This document shows, in pieces, positions 6,720-15,608 of a stretch of 31,055 nt of DNA (its first letter is position 1; each line of letters opens with the position of its first letter). The notes under the pieces were generated by a model that saw only the letters and a program-made list of their open reading frames with translations, was not told the DNA's origin and did not search any database. Source of the stretch: Candidatus Stahliibacteriota bacterium (lineage in GTDB: Bacteria > Hydrothermota > UBA3072); the NCBI GenBank assembly GCA_004377355.1, contig SOIB01000007.1:1-31055 (forward strand), given 5' to 3'. The translations under genes were made by a program, and so were the position numbers.

Positions 6720-8042
6720 ATGCAATCAATAATTCTATTTTTAACCGCAACGCTATCTGTTTTACTCCCCGAAGGAGTAGATATAAATGAGGAAATAATT
6801 AGAAGGAAAGAGGTTACTCTTCCTTATGGTGTTTTACCATTATATAACGAAGAAAATGGTATCACCTTATCTCTATATTCTATAATAGATACTGTTAAAT
6901 ACATTCAATTTAGTCCTATTGTGCAATATCAAAAAAATAGGTGGGGTTTCACTGTTGCCCCACTTGGACGCAAAGGAGACGCACATATTTATCCAACTCG
7001 AGAGGAATTTGGAGCCTATGCTGACATTTTACGTGGCTCTATATTTTATAGGACCAACAATTTAATAATATCTTTCGGGAAGGATATCTTCTTAATAGGA
7101 AGTTCCTTTGAACATAACCCTCTCCTATCTCCCAATATTCCCTTAAATTATGCACGATTTATTTATACCAATGATAAATTTTCATTTACGCACTTCTTAG
7201 CAAGGCTTGATGACTATACCGGACGAGAGAAGATATGGGCAGGTGGTTCTACAGCTGATACTGCTACTTTCCAGCGATATTTAGGTATACATCGCCTCGA
7301 ATTTAAACCAAGGAAGTGGTTTGCAATTTCTTTCAGTGAAGTAATGCTAATTGGTGGAGAATATTCAGGTTTTCCCTTCGAGCTACTATCCCCTGTTACC
7401 ATCTATTATATAGAACAATTCAATCAGAAAAAAAATGTAAACATACTATGGAATATTGACTCGAAAGCAGTATGGAAAGATTTCCTCTTCTATTTTGACC
7501 TATTTATAGATGACTTTCAGCTTGAGGCGGATCCCTGGAATGAGCCAAATCATATGGGAATATATTTTGGCATACAGAGGATTGACCTTTTTAAAGAAGG
7601 GTCATTACTATTACTCTCATACAACATTATGAGTAGATGGTCTTATAGTAACATTATTGTATGGCAGAGGTATATTGATAAAGATTTCTCATTGGGGACA
7701 CCTCTCGGGAATGATTATGATCGGTTCTATATGCAGGCACTCTATCCAATATCTTCTTTTAAAACCGGATTTGAATTCTCTTTCACGCGTAAAGGAGAGA
7801 ATTCAATTAATAATCCATGGCCAGTTAATACTGATTCCATTGCTACACCAGCGAATCAATTTAACAACACAAATTTCCTATCTGGAACAATTGAAAAAAG
7901 ATTGAGTATTTCCTCCATCCTTAAGTATAGAGACTTATTCACACTAAAAGTTGGATTATATCACATTCAGAATTACCAACATCAAGAGGGCACCACTAAA
8001 ACAGAACCACTACTTGAGCTTAAAATTAAATACCATATATAG
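6720..8042 (+). CDS. Hypothetical secreted, aromatic-rich protein. It is possibly an outer-membrane beta-barrel or a capsule/exopolysaccharide-assembly (Wzi-like) protein.
   Basis: N-terminal signal-peptide-like segment (MQSIILFLTATLSVLL). High Y/W/F content with alternating hydrophobic patterns. No catalytic motif recognised. Confidence 0.35.
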   Translation: MQSIILFLTATLSVLLPEGVDINEEIIRRKEVTLPYGVLPLYNEENGITLSLYSIIDTVKYIQFSPIVQYQKNRWGFTVAPLGRKGDAHIYPTREEFGAYADILRGSIFYRTNNLIISFGKDIFLIGSSFEHNPLLSPNIPLNYARFIYTNDKFSFTHFLARLDDYTGREKIWAGGSTADTATFQRYLGIHRLEFKPRKWFAISFSEVMLIGGEYSGFPFELLSPVTIYYIEQFNQKKNVNILWNIDSKAVWKDFLFYFDLFIDDFQLEADPWNEPNHMGIYFGIQRIDLFKEGSLLLLSYNIMSRWSYSNIIVWQRYIDKDFSLGTPLGNDYDRFYMQALYPISSFKTGFEFSFTRKGENSINNPWPVNTDSIATPANQFNNTNFLSGTIEKRLSISSILKYRDLFTLKVGLYHIQNYQHQEGTTKTEPLLELKIKYHI

Positions 8043-8126
8043 GTATTGGGTTTTAGGTCTTGGGTTTTAAATTCTTATATTGGGAAGTGGGGAACTAATA
8101 CCCAATGCCTAACACCTAAAACCTAA
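8043..8126. repeat. Inverted pair of a G/T-rich TTAGG-type heptamer repeat element. Left arm 8043-8068 is GTATTGGGTTTTAGGTCTTGGGTTTT. Right arm 8097-8126 is the inverted copy. It could fold into an imperfect long hairpin between convergent genes.
   Basis: Reverse complement of the right arm is TTAGGTTTTAGGTGTTAGGCATTGGGTATT. It shares a perfect 10-mer GGTTTTAGGT with the left arm, plus flanking near-matches. The same family occurs again at 13886-13923. Confidence 0.5.
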
Positions 8127-9098
8127 TCACCGGATTAACAATTTTTCACAAAGAAACTTATCCATAGGTTCAACTGTTATTATATTAAAATCTGGTAATT
8201 GGACCTTGACTGATCCATTCCCTGCGTATCTTGCAAGGATTCTTGCAGCAAGAATTAAATCATCTTCTTCTGAAATTTCAACCTGTCCATTAAAACCTTC
8301 AAAACACATAAAGAGCTTGCCAGAAGGACCTTTTACATCAAGAAGTTCAAAAAGAGCAGATCCATACTTCCTTAGTATCTCTCCCTCCCTTTGGTTTCTA
8401 CTTACTATAAATATAGACTCATTCAAACGGAAATGGCGTCCAATTAACATAAGATTTATAAGTGATTCATCAATACCACATTCTTTTATTGCTATATATA
8501 GACGCTTAGAAATAACTTCACTGGTTAAAAGACAACCACCTCCGGGGGAACCATATTCGGTTATACCAAATTTTCTTGTCAATTCTATTTGAACCTCTCT
8601 ACTCCTACCTGAAACACCATAGAGTTTATCTCGGTCTATAATATCCACTCTTTCAGGCCATGTAGGCTTTAGTAACTTTGCTGAAAGAGGTCTGAGTGTA
8701 ATATCACCAAGTTCTGTTAATTTATCTACATTATTGAGATTTTCTTTTGTCTGAGATTTTGGTCTTTGTCCAAGAACCTCCCCTGTAATAAGAAAACCCC
8801 CCCCTATCTCATTCATATAACTGTACGCTTCTTTTATCATTAAAGCATGACAATCAACACAGGGGTTAATCCCCTTTCCATATCCATATTGTGGATGGAG
8901 TAAAATTTCAAAATGTTTGTGGGAGATATCTATAGTTATGAAATCTAAATTATTTGCTGTAGCATTTTTACGAGCCTTTTCATCATCAAAGAAATGACTT
9001 ATAAATGAAACAGGAATTACATCAATACCTTGGGACTCTACTATCCTGACAGATAGTAACGAATCCAGTCCTCCCGAAAAGAGAGCTACTGCTTTCAT
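8127..9098 (-). CDS. PP-loop ATP pyrophosphatase, a LarE/ThiI/MnmA-like sulfurtransferase or adenylyltransferase
   Basis: N-terminal SGGLDS PP-loop (AVALFSGGLDS). NPCVDCH segment resembling the MnmA NPC..C motif. C-terminal GGGCLLTS resembling the LarE/ThiI catalytic Cys region. Confidence 0.55.
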   Translation of the reverse strand: MKAVALFSGGLDSLLSVRIVESQGIDVIPVSFISHFFDDEKARKNATANNLDFITIDISHKHFEILLHPQYGYGKGINPCVDCHALMIKEAYSYMNEIGGGFLITGEVLGQRPKSQTKENLNNVDKLTELGDITLRPLSAKLLKPTWPERVDIIDRDKLYGVSGRSREVQIELTRKFGITEYGSPGGGCLLTSEVISKRLYIAIKECGIDESLINLMLIGRHFRLNESIFIVSRNQREGEILRKYGSALFELLDVKGPSGKLFMCFEGFNGQVEISEEDDLILAARILARYAGNGSVKVQLPDFNIITVEPMDKFLCEKLLIR

Positions 9099-9730
9099 TC
9101 TGATAGGACATCAATCACTATTCTACGGTTTCTATCTCTCCCCTCTGCAGTTGCATTAGGCGTAATTGGGTGATACTCTCCATAGGCAATAGCTGCAAGA
9201 CGTTTAGGGTCAATACCTACTTCGGAAATCAGATATTTAACAACATTGATGGCTCTCTTTGCTGATAAATCCCAGTTTGTGGGATATTCTTTCCTGAGGC
9301 TACCAGCGATTTGTGTATTATCAGTATGTCCTTCTATGATAATCTTTCTATCTTCAATCTCTTTTATTATACTGGCAATCTTAAACAACATCTCCTTGCC
9401 ATCTTTACTCAGTTCAACACTACCTGGAGGAAATAGCTTTTTCCCGGGAAGAGTAATAGAAATTTCTTCTCTAACCTGTTCCACTTCTATACCATCAATC
9501 ATATCCCTTAAATCCTCTGCAACATAATTCTCGGTTGGTAGTTCTACACTTATGGAATCTTCCCTGGGTGCATCTCTCCGTAACTCATTTACAACTGATA
9601 TTAAAGTTCTGTTTTCTTCTTTATATTCAAGGAGTTCTGATTTTAATGGATAATAATCTTTGATATAGAAATATCCAAAACCTACTAACAATAATGAGAT
9701 AATTACAATATAAGCTATGTCTCTTCTCAT
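9095..9730 (-). CDS. OmpA/MotB-domain membrane protein (peptidoglycan-binding)
   Basis: N-terminal TM helix. C-terminal OmpA_C signature (NWDLSAKRAINVVKYL...GRDRNRRIVIDV). 4-nt overlap with the downstream PP-loop gene. Confidence 0.7.
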   Translation of the reverse strand: MRRDIAYIVIISLLLVGFGYFYIKDYYPLKSELLEYKEENRTLISVVNELRRDAPREDSISVELPTENYVAEDLRDMIDGIEVEQVREEISITLPGKKLFPPGSVELSKDGKEMLFKIASIIKEIEDRKIIIEGHTDNTQIAGSLRKEYPTNWDLSAKRAINVVKYLISEVGIDPKRLAAIAYGEYHPITPNATAEGRDRNRRIVIDVLSE

Positions 9731-9738
9731 CCTTCCTC

Positions 9739-11793
9739 CTAAAAGTCAAACTTGTCAATCATCTCGATGGTTCTATTTTCAGGTTCAAGTGCTTTCCCAT
9801 GAAGAGTGCATTTCCTTTTAGGTGCATCTTCTTGAACAAATATCTCCCTTCTAACGTTAGAGCACTCCGGAGTTGCTAGTTCTCCACTCTCAGCACATAC
9901 ATACCTGTAAACAATACCTTCTGGTTCCTGGAACTGAAAATCTTCATATTCTTTTGCTGAGTCAATCAATGCTTCCATAAATCTAGTCCAAATAGGCAAG
10001 GCAACTCCTGCCCCTGAAGCATGATTCCCAATTCTCTTTGGGTAATCATATCCAACCCATACACCAACAGTAACTTCTGGAGTAAAACCAATAAACCACC
10101 CATCAGTAAAGTTGTCTGTAGTCCCCGTTTTACCTGCAGCAGGTAGTTTGAAACCCATAAGTCGTGCACTGTAGGCTGTCCCTTCGTTAAATACACTCTG
10201 TAACATATTAACCATTATATAAGCTGTTTGCTCAGAAAGGACTCTCTCCTTCACAATTCTATTCTCATACACAACATTCCCGTATCTATCCTCTACCTTT
10301 AGTATAAATATTGGTTCGACCTTTTCACCCAGATTTGCCAGTGTAGTATAGCCTCTTACCATTTCAAGTAGTGTCACACTAGATGTTCCTAATGGTATAG
10401 AAAGAACTGGATCAAGATAACTACCTATACCCATTAAATGAGCATAATCAACAACTGTGAAAGGTCCAACTTCCTGACCAAGTCTTATTGATGCACCGTT
10501 ACGGGATTTACTCAATGCTGTTCTCAATGTAATCTTACCCATAAATGTACTATCATAATTTCCAGGTGCATATGGTTCTCCTTGAATTTCTTTAATTACT
10601 GGAAGGTCGAATACAAAATCTGAAGGTGCGAACCCATTATCAATAGCTGCTGTATAGAGAAAAGGTTTAAAAGCGGAACCCGCCTGTCTTTTTGCCTGGG
10701 TTGCTCTGTTATACATACTGCACCTAAAATCTCTTCCTCCAACAAGACTCAATATATATCCTGTTGTGGGCTCTAGAACTACCATAGCACCTTGTATATA
10801 GGGAATATTCTCTGGATAAATTAAAGAATCAGGTATGGAATCCTTAGGGGTAAGATGCCAATATTTCTCAACCCTATCAAGTCCCCATTCCATAAGACTA
10901 TCAGCTAGTATCTGCATTCCTTTATCCATTGCAACATATACCTTATACCCACCCCACATCCTATAAGCACTTCCAAATAAAGAGTTCATTTGTTTCTTTA
11001 CTTCATATATATAATATGGACCAATTGAATTCCTACTATGATTATCCACTACAAATAAGGACTCGGAAATTGCAAAATCTAATTGTTCTTTACCGATATA
11101 ACCTTCGGATTTTAATTCTCTAAGGACAAAGTTTCTCCTTCTCACAAACCTTTCGTAATTGTTATATGGAGAATACCGTCCAGGCGATGCAAAGAGTCCT
11201 ATTAATGCAGCCGCTTCTGAAAGGGAAAGAGAATCCGGTGTCTTATCAAAATAATATTCGGATGCAGCTCCAACACCATAATTACCATATCCAATATATA
11301 CCTCGTTTATATACATCTCAAGTATCTTATCCTTTGGATAATAACGCTCTAATAAGAGAGCAAGGTATATCTCCTTCAATTTCCGAACCATAGTCTTTTT
11401 TAGATGTAGGAAAATACTTCTTGAAAGCTGTTGGGTAATGGTACTTGCTCCCTGAACATAACTACGCCTTACTATATTTAGCCATGCAACTTTTAGTATT
11501 CTTCGTAGATTTATTCCCCTGTGATTATAAAATTCTTTATCTTCGACTGCAATAGCTGCATTAGCTATATAATCTGGTATTAAATCAAGTTTTACTGGAA
11601 TACGTCGTTGCTGATATACTTCATCAATTAGATCCCCATTTCTATCATATATTCTAGTTGTAAGAAGTGGCTCATAATACTCTACACTCTCTATATCTGG
11701 TATTTCACTAATTATCCATAGATTCACTCCAAGAAGGGAACCAAGAATAAAAAAGATTATAGATAAGATTATAAAATTCTTAATCATAAGCAA
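9739..11793 (-). CDS. Class A penicillin-binding protein (bifunctional glycosyltransferase/transpeptidase, PBP1A-like)
   Basis: N-terminal TM. GT51 motifs (EDKEFYNHRGIN, GASTITQQL). Transpeptidase SxxK (SAFKPF), SxN-type and KTGT motifs. Confidence 0.85.
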   Translation of the reverse strand: MLMIKNFIILSIIFFILGSLLGVNLWIISEIPDIESVEYYEPLLTTRIYDRNGDLIDEVYQQRRIPVKLDLIPDYIANAAIAVEDKEFYNHRGINLRRILKVAWLNIVRRSYVQGASTITQQLSRSIFLHLKKTMVRKLKEIYLALLLERYYPKDKILEMYINEVYIGYGNYGVGAASEYYFDKTPDSLSLSEAAALIGLFASPGRYSPYNNYERFVRRRNFVLRELKSEGYIGKEQLDFAISESLFVVDNHSRNSIGPYYIYEVKKQMNSLFGSAYRMWGGYKVYVAMDKGMQILADSLMEWGLDRVEKYWHLTPKDSIPDSLIYPENIPYIQGAMVVLEPTTGYILSLVGGRDFRCSMYNRATQAKRQAGSAFKPFLYTAAIDNGFAPSDFVFDLPVIKEIQGEPYAPGNYDSTFMGKITLRTALSKSRNGASIRLGQEVGPFTVVDYAHLMGIGSYLDPVLSIPLGTSSVTLLEMVRGYTTLANLGEKVEPIFILKVEDRYGNVVYENRIVKERVLSEQTAYIMVNMLQSVFNEGTAYSARLMGFKLPAAGKTGTTDNFTDGWFIGFTPEVTVGVWVGYDYPKRIGNHASGAGVALPIWTRFMEALIDSAKEYEDFQFQEPEGIVYRYVCAESGELATPECSNVRREIFVQEDAPKRKCTLHGKALEPENRTIEMIDKFDF

Positions 11794-13100
11794 AAATATC
11801 GGGTAAATTCAATGGAAGATGGTTTATTCTCTACTTCCCAAAACTCTCTTTTTTTCTTATCGACCCACATATCAATAAGCCATTTGGGAAATATACCATC
11901 TCTAATCAGAAATTCCTTATCCCTTTCTAATGCATTAATTGATTCTAATAAGTTATGTGGTAATTTCCCATCTTTTTTCTCCTTATATTCCTTCTTATCT
12001 TTCATCTGTTTTAAACCATCCAATCCCGCAAGAAGAATTGCAGAAATAGCGAAATATGGATTGCATGTAGCGTCAGGCAGACGGTATTCAAGATCAATAT
12101 CTTCTTCTTCAAAATAATCAGGAATTCTGATTGCGGATTCTCTGCTACCCACAATATAAGAAAGTTTTTGTGGAGCTTCAAAACCAGAATTAAGTCTTTT
12201 ATAAGAGTTTGTTGTGGAATTAGTAAAAGCAGATATTGCTTTACTGTGTCTTAAAATACCTTCAGAAAACAATCTCAAGGTTAAAGAGATGTTTTCTCTG
12301 TCTTTAGCATCGTAGAAGATTGATTTATTATTCCATTTTAAAAGTATATGGAAATGCATTCCACTGCCTGGTTCATCATAAATAGGCTTTGGCATAAATG
12401 TAGCCACCATATTGTAAGAACTTGCGAGTCTTTTAACAAAATATTTACTTAAGAATATATTCTCCGCTGCTCTTAGGGGATCAGATCTCGCTATTTCAAT
12501 CTCCTGTTGTCCAAATCTTCCAACTTCGTGATGCCCATATTTCACCTCTATACCTGCTTCCTTAAATACTCTCATTAAACTTATTCTAAAATCTTTCTGT
12601 GTATCAAAAGGATAATCCGCATGGTAACCATTATATCCAGAAAAACCATCACGAATTCGAATATCAACAGTTGAGTACAGAGAAGTGCTTTCGAAATAAC
12701 ATTCATCAAAAATATAGAATTCCAATTCAGGTAATATCTCAATCTCATCAGCTATTCCTTTTTCTTTTATAAGAGAAACTGTTTTCTTTAACATTCTTCG
12801 TGGATCTCCATCAAATTCTTCACCTGTCTTTGAAGAAAATAATTCTCCAAAAAGAATCATAGTTGGAGTTTCTGAAAATGTGTCAATATAATAACGAACA
12901 AGGTCGACTTTAACAACCATGTCGCTTTTTTCCCGATTTTTAAGACCAAGTGATGAACCATCCACACCTATACCCCTCTTAATAAAATAATCTATCTTCT
13001 CAGCAGGAAAGCTTATACTGCGGGATCTCCCATCTAAAGGAGTATAACGAATATCAATGAATTCTATCTTTCTATCTGAAATTACCTTTCTTATATCCAT
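11784..13100 (-). CDS. glnA: Glutamine synthetase family protein (type I-like)
   Basis: GS beta-grasp N-terminus with the DGSS motif. Catalytic KP...GSGMHFHILL and ESAIRIP motifs. The track start is TTG at 13106. The ATG at 13100 is preferred here because a TTGACT-16-TAATAT promoter places the TSS at that ATG. Confidence 0.75.
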   Translation of the reverse strand: MDIRKVISDRKIEFIDIRYTPLDGRSRSISFPAEKIDYFIKRGIGVDGSSLGLKNREKSDMVVKVDLVRYYIDTFSETPTMILFGELFSSKTGEEFDGDPRRMLKKTVSLIKEKGIADEIEILPELEFYIFDECYFESTSLYSTVDIRIRDGFSGYNGYHADYPFDTQKDFRISLMRVFKEAGIEVKYGHHEVGRFGQQEIEIARSDPLRAAENIFLSKYFVKRLASSYNMVATFMPKPIYDEPGSGMHFHILLKWNNKSIFYDAKDRENISLTLRLFSEGILRHSKAISAFTNSTTNSYKRLNSGFEAPQKLSYIVGSRESAIRIPDYFEEEDIDLEYRLPDATCNPYFAISAILLAGLDGLKQMKDKKEYKEKKDGKLPHNLLESINALERDKEFLIRDGIFPKWLIDMWVDKKKREFWEVENKPSSIEFTRYFCL

Positions 13101-13105
13101 ATTCA

Positions 13106-13133
13106 ATATTAATATTCCTTACCCTAAAGTCAA
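13106..13133 (-). promoter_or_regulatory. Promoter for glnA-like gene: TTGACT (reverse complement of 13128-13133), 16 nt, TAATAT (reverse complement of 13106-13111), 5 nt, then ATG. Leaderless arrangement.
   Basis: Read directly on the minus strand: TTGACTttagggtaaggaatatTAATATtgaatATG. Confidence 0.5.
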
Positions 13134-13158
13134 GGATACGCGGACTTGAGCCACTTCT

Positions 13159-13710
13159 CTATTTATCTTTCGTTCTATTCTTTAATTTCAAATCTTTTGA
13201 CTTCAAATTAAAAGGTAATTTCTCACTTTTAATTTTCGTACCTAACACAATGGTTCCAATCCTATTTGTCTTTAGCTGAGTCTTTAGAAATGACTCTTGT
13301 TCTTTTGCACGCATAACAGTCTGTTCAAATAACATGACAATCCCATACTCCTTTAAGACTCTATTTACCTCCTTATAAACCACTAATAAATCCGACCCAA
13401 ATTGTTGTAACCATGAAGTTGAATAGTAGAATAAGACACCATCTACTGATTCATTTATAAAAGGAAGCTCGTTTATATCTGCCTTCATTGGATGTATGTT
13501 ACCTGCCTTATCATGCTCTATTTCTCCACGTTCTAAAGACTTTAATAACTTCTCCTTGAATTCTTCCATCCTCTGATATTTATCAATAGGAAAGACAGAA
13601 CACCCTATTGACGCTAAAGTCAAGGAAGGTTCAATATTATCCCATGAACCTACATCAACAATAACATCACCTCTGCTAAAAAACTGATCCATAGAGAATT
13701 CATTAAACAT
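13159..13710 (-). CDS. Hypothetical protein with a degenerate class-I SAM-methyltransferase-like fold
   Basis: VIVDVGSWDN resembles MTase motif I (vLDvGcGtG) with a degraded glycine loop. VDGVLFYY...RVLKEYGIVMLFE resembles motifs II/III. The C-terminus is basic and low-complexity. Confidence 0.35.
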   Translation of the reverse strand: MFNEFSMDQFFSRGDVIVDVGSWDNIEPSLTLASIGCSVFPIDKYQRMEEFKEKLLKSLERGEIEHDKAGNIHPMKADINELPFINESVDGVLFYYSTSWLQQFGSDLLVVYKEVNRVLKEYGIVMLFEQTVMRAKEQESFLKTQLKTNRIGTIVLGTKIKSEKLPFNLKSKDLKLKNRTKDK

Positions 13711-14281
13711 CTTTCTTGCAGAATAGAAATTTAATTTTTATTGTCAAGGGATGGATGGGTTGGACGGTTAGTCAGTTGGTGTATTGGTCAGAAATTATTT
13801 CGATAATTTAATATCTGTGTTTATCTGCGTCCAATTTAGGATTATGGATTAGATAATATAAGGTTCAATGATTCAAGTGCAAGATTTTAGGTCTTAGGTC
13901 TTGGGTATTAGGTCTTAGGGTTTATTTTTTATCTGTGTCCATCTGCGTACATCCGCGGTAAATTAATTGAAAGGTGGGATGGGTAAAACACTTGAAACCT
14001 TGAACCCTTTAGTTATTATATCTGCGTGTATCTGCGGTTGATTTTGGTTCTGAGTTAGGGGTTTGGAGTACTGGGTTGGGATTTAGTATTTGGGAATTGG
14101 GATTCAGACAAACCAACAACCCAACTATTCTCCCGTCCTCCGTCTTCTGCCCTCGGTCTCCGTCTTTAACCCATTTACCCATCTACTTATTAACCAATTC
14201 ACTCAATTCTACATAAATGCGAAAATTTCACCCTTGACTTTTCAATTATTTTCTCTTATTGTCAACTAAAAAGGAGGTAAA
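13711..14281. promoter_or_regulatory. Long (~570 bp) divergent intergenic region with modular repeats. It has three clusters of tandem, helically phased 10-bp ATCTGYGTNN repeats (13813-13832 x2, 13931-13960 x3, 14020-14039 x2). It also has a TTAGG-type heptamer array (13886-13923) and GGG-tract G/T-rich blocks. It is GT-rich on the left of ~14107 and CA-rich on the right. Both flanking promoters sit at its edges.
   Basis: Read directly. The left promoter has its -35 TTGACA as the reverse complement of 13742-13747, for the 13710 gene. The right promoter TTGACT 14235-14240 / TATTGT 14258-14263 plus the SD AGGAGG 14273-14278 serve the 14282 gene. Confidence 0.6.
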
Positions 14282-15472
14282 ATGGCTCTTGAATATATGT
14301 GGAAGGATGTATTCCAAGGAGTAAGGTTAGGATTTTCTCCCAAGAAAATCTGGGTGGCAGCTAAAGGGCTTCTTATGGGAACAATAGGTTATTCTATCCT
14401 TGCTTACCTTTCATTGATGGCTTCTGGCTGGAATATCCAAAAAATATGGCTGGAATTCAGGTATATCCCGTTTCCATTCTTCCAGGGAAACCTTACATGG
14501 TTTGGATGGATTATATGGGCTATTGCTGGTCTCTGGGTACTATACTTCTACTTCATAACTATGACAGCAATCTCTAAGATAACATATGAGCAATTAAGAG
14601 GAGACGAATTTTACGAGTCTAAAGAAGCCTGGACTTTTGCTCATAAAAACTGGAAGGGAACCTTCCTTTCTCCCATATATCTTATCTTCTTTATTGCCGC
14701 CCTAATATTAACAGGATTGATATTAGGCCTTGTCGGAAGGATACCAACTGTAGGACAAATCCTTATCGGATTATCTGCAGTTCCGATATTCGCCGGGGCA
14801 TTATTTGTTGTATATTTAACAATTGTTGTTGGTGTTATACTAATCAGTGCTCCAGCTATTGTAGCAACTACAGAGAGTGATACCTTTGATACACTCTTTG
14901 AGGGATTCTCACTGATAAACGATCAAACCTGGAGATATATTCTCTGGGAAGTTATCCTTTTGATCACGACTTTTATTGGGATAATTATATTCGCCTGGCT
15001 ATTTAAGTATGCACTATCTTTAACACACAATACACTAATAGTGTGGGCTGGCCCAAGAAACTGGTGGAATATAATGTGGCATAATGCAAACTGGTATTTA
15101 CATATCCCTTGGCTTCCAATCTGGATTGCAAAATGGTATCCAACATTCTTCGTACCCACAGAGTTTATATCTGCCGGCTCAGAAACCCTTGCTCAATATC
15201 CTGGGGCTGCTACAACCTTTGGTGGATTCCTTTTGGGACTTTCCTTCTATATGGTAATATTCATAATCATCGGATACGGAATATCAACTCATGCTGCTGG
15301 TCAAACTTTAATTTACACAATTCTCGTCAAGATAAAAGATGAAAAGGACTTACTGGTGAAAGAAGAGAAATTATTTGAAGCTGAAATCGAGGAGAAAGAA
15401 GAAGAGGTAGAGGTAGGAAAAAAAGAGAAGAAACAAAGAAGAAAAGAAGAAAACAAAGAAGTAAAGCAATAG
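14282..15472 (+). CDS. Hypothetical polytopic membrane protein (about 8-10 TM helices, W/Y-rich loops) with a highly charged K/E-rich low-complexity C-terminal tail
   Basis: Multiple long hydrophobic segments. Tail is KDEKDLLVKEEKLFEAEIEEKEEEVEVGKKEKKQRRKEENKEVKQ. Strong SD (AGGAGG) 4 nt upstream. Confidence 0.5.
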   Translation: MALEYMWKDVFQGVRLGFSPKKIWVAAKGLLMGTIGYSILAYLSLMASGWNIQKIWLEFRYIPFPFFQGNLTWFGWIIWAIAGLWVLYFYFITMTAISKITYEQLRGDEFYESKEAWTFAHKNWKGTFLSPIYLIFFIAALILTGLILGLVGRIPTVGQILIGLSAVPIFAGALFVVYLTIVVGVILISAPAIVATTESDTFDTLFEGFSLINDQTWRYILWEVILLITTFIGIIIFAWLFKYALSLTHNTLIVWAGPRNWWNIMWHNANWYLHIPWLPIWIAKWYPTFFVPTEFISAGSETLAQYPGAATTFGGFLLGLSFYMVIFIIIGYGISTHAAGQTLIYTILVKIKDEKDLLVKEEKLFEAEIEEKEEEVEVGKKEKKQRRKEENKEVKQ

Positions 15473-15502
15473 ATAAAAATAAAAGATCTCTAACTGAAAA
15501 TA

Positions 15503-15534
15503 AAAACGCCCTTTCTTGTGAAAGGGCGTTTTTA
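15503..15534 (+). terminator. Rho-independent terminator: AAAAACGCCCTTTC-TTGT-GAAAGGGCGTTTTT
   Basis: Perfect 10-bp GC-containing stem, 4-nt loop, T-tract. It is flanked by an A-tract, so it may work bidirectionally. Confidence 0.85.
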
Positions 15535-15608
15535 TAAAATGAAACGGCGTCAATAAAACCTTGACTATTAAACAATCTTTTATAGATTAGTAAAAAAGGG
15601 AGGTTTTA

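Noticed and set aside
13711-14281. Considered calling the repeat-rich intergenic region a CRISPR array or an oriC
   Set aside because: The repeat units are 10-bp tandem iterons and 7-bp heptamers, not 25-40-bp repeats with unique spacers. No TTATCCACA DnaA boxes were seen and dnaA is not adjacent. It is kept as an unexplained regulatory or structured region.
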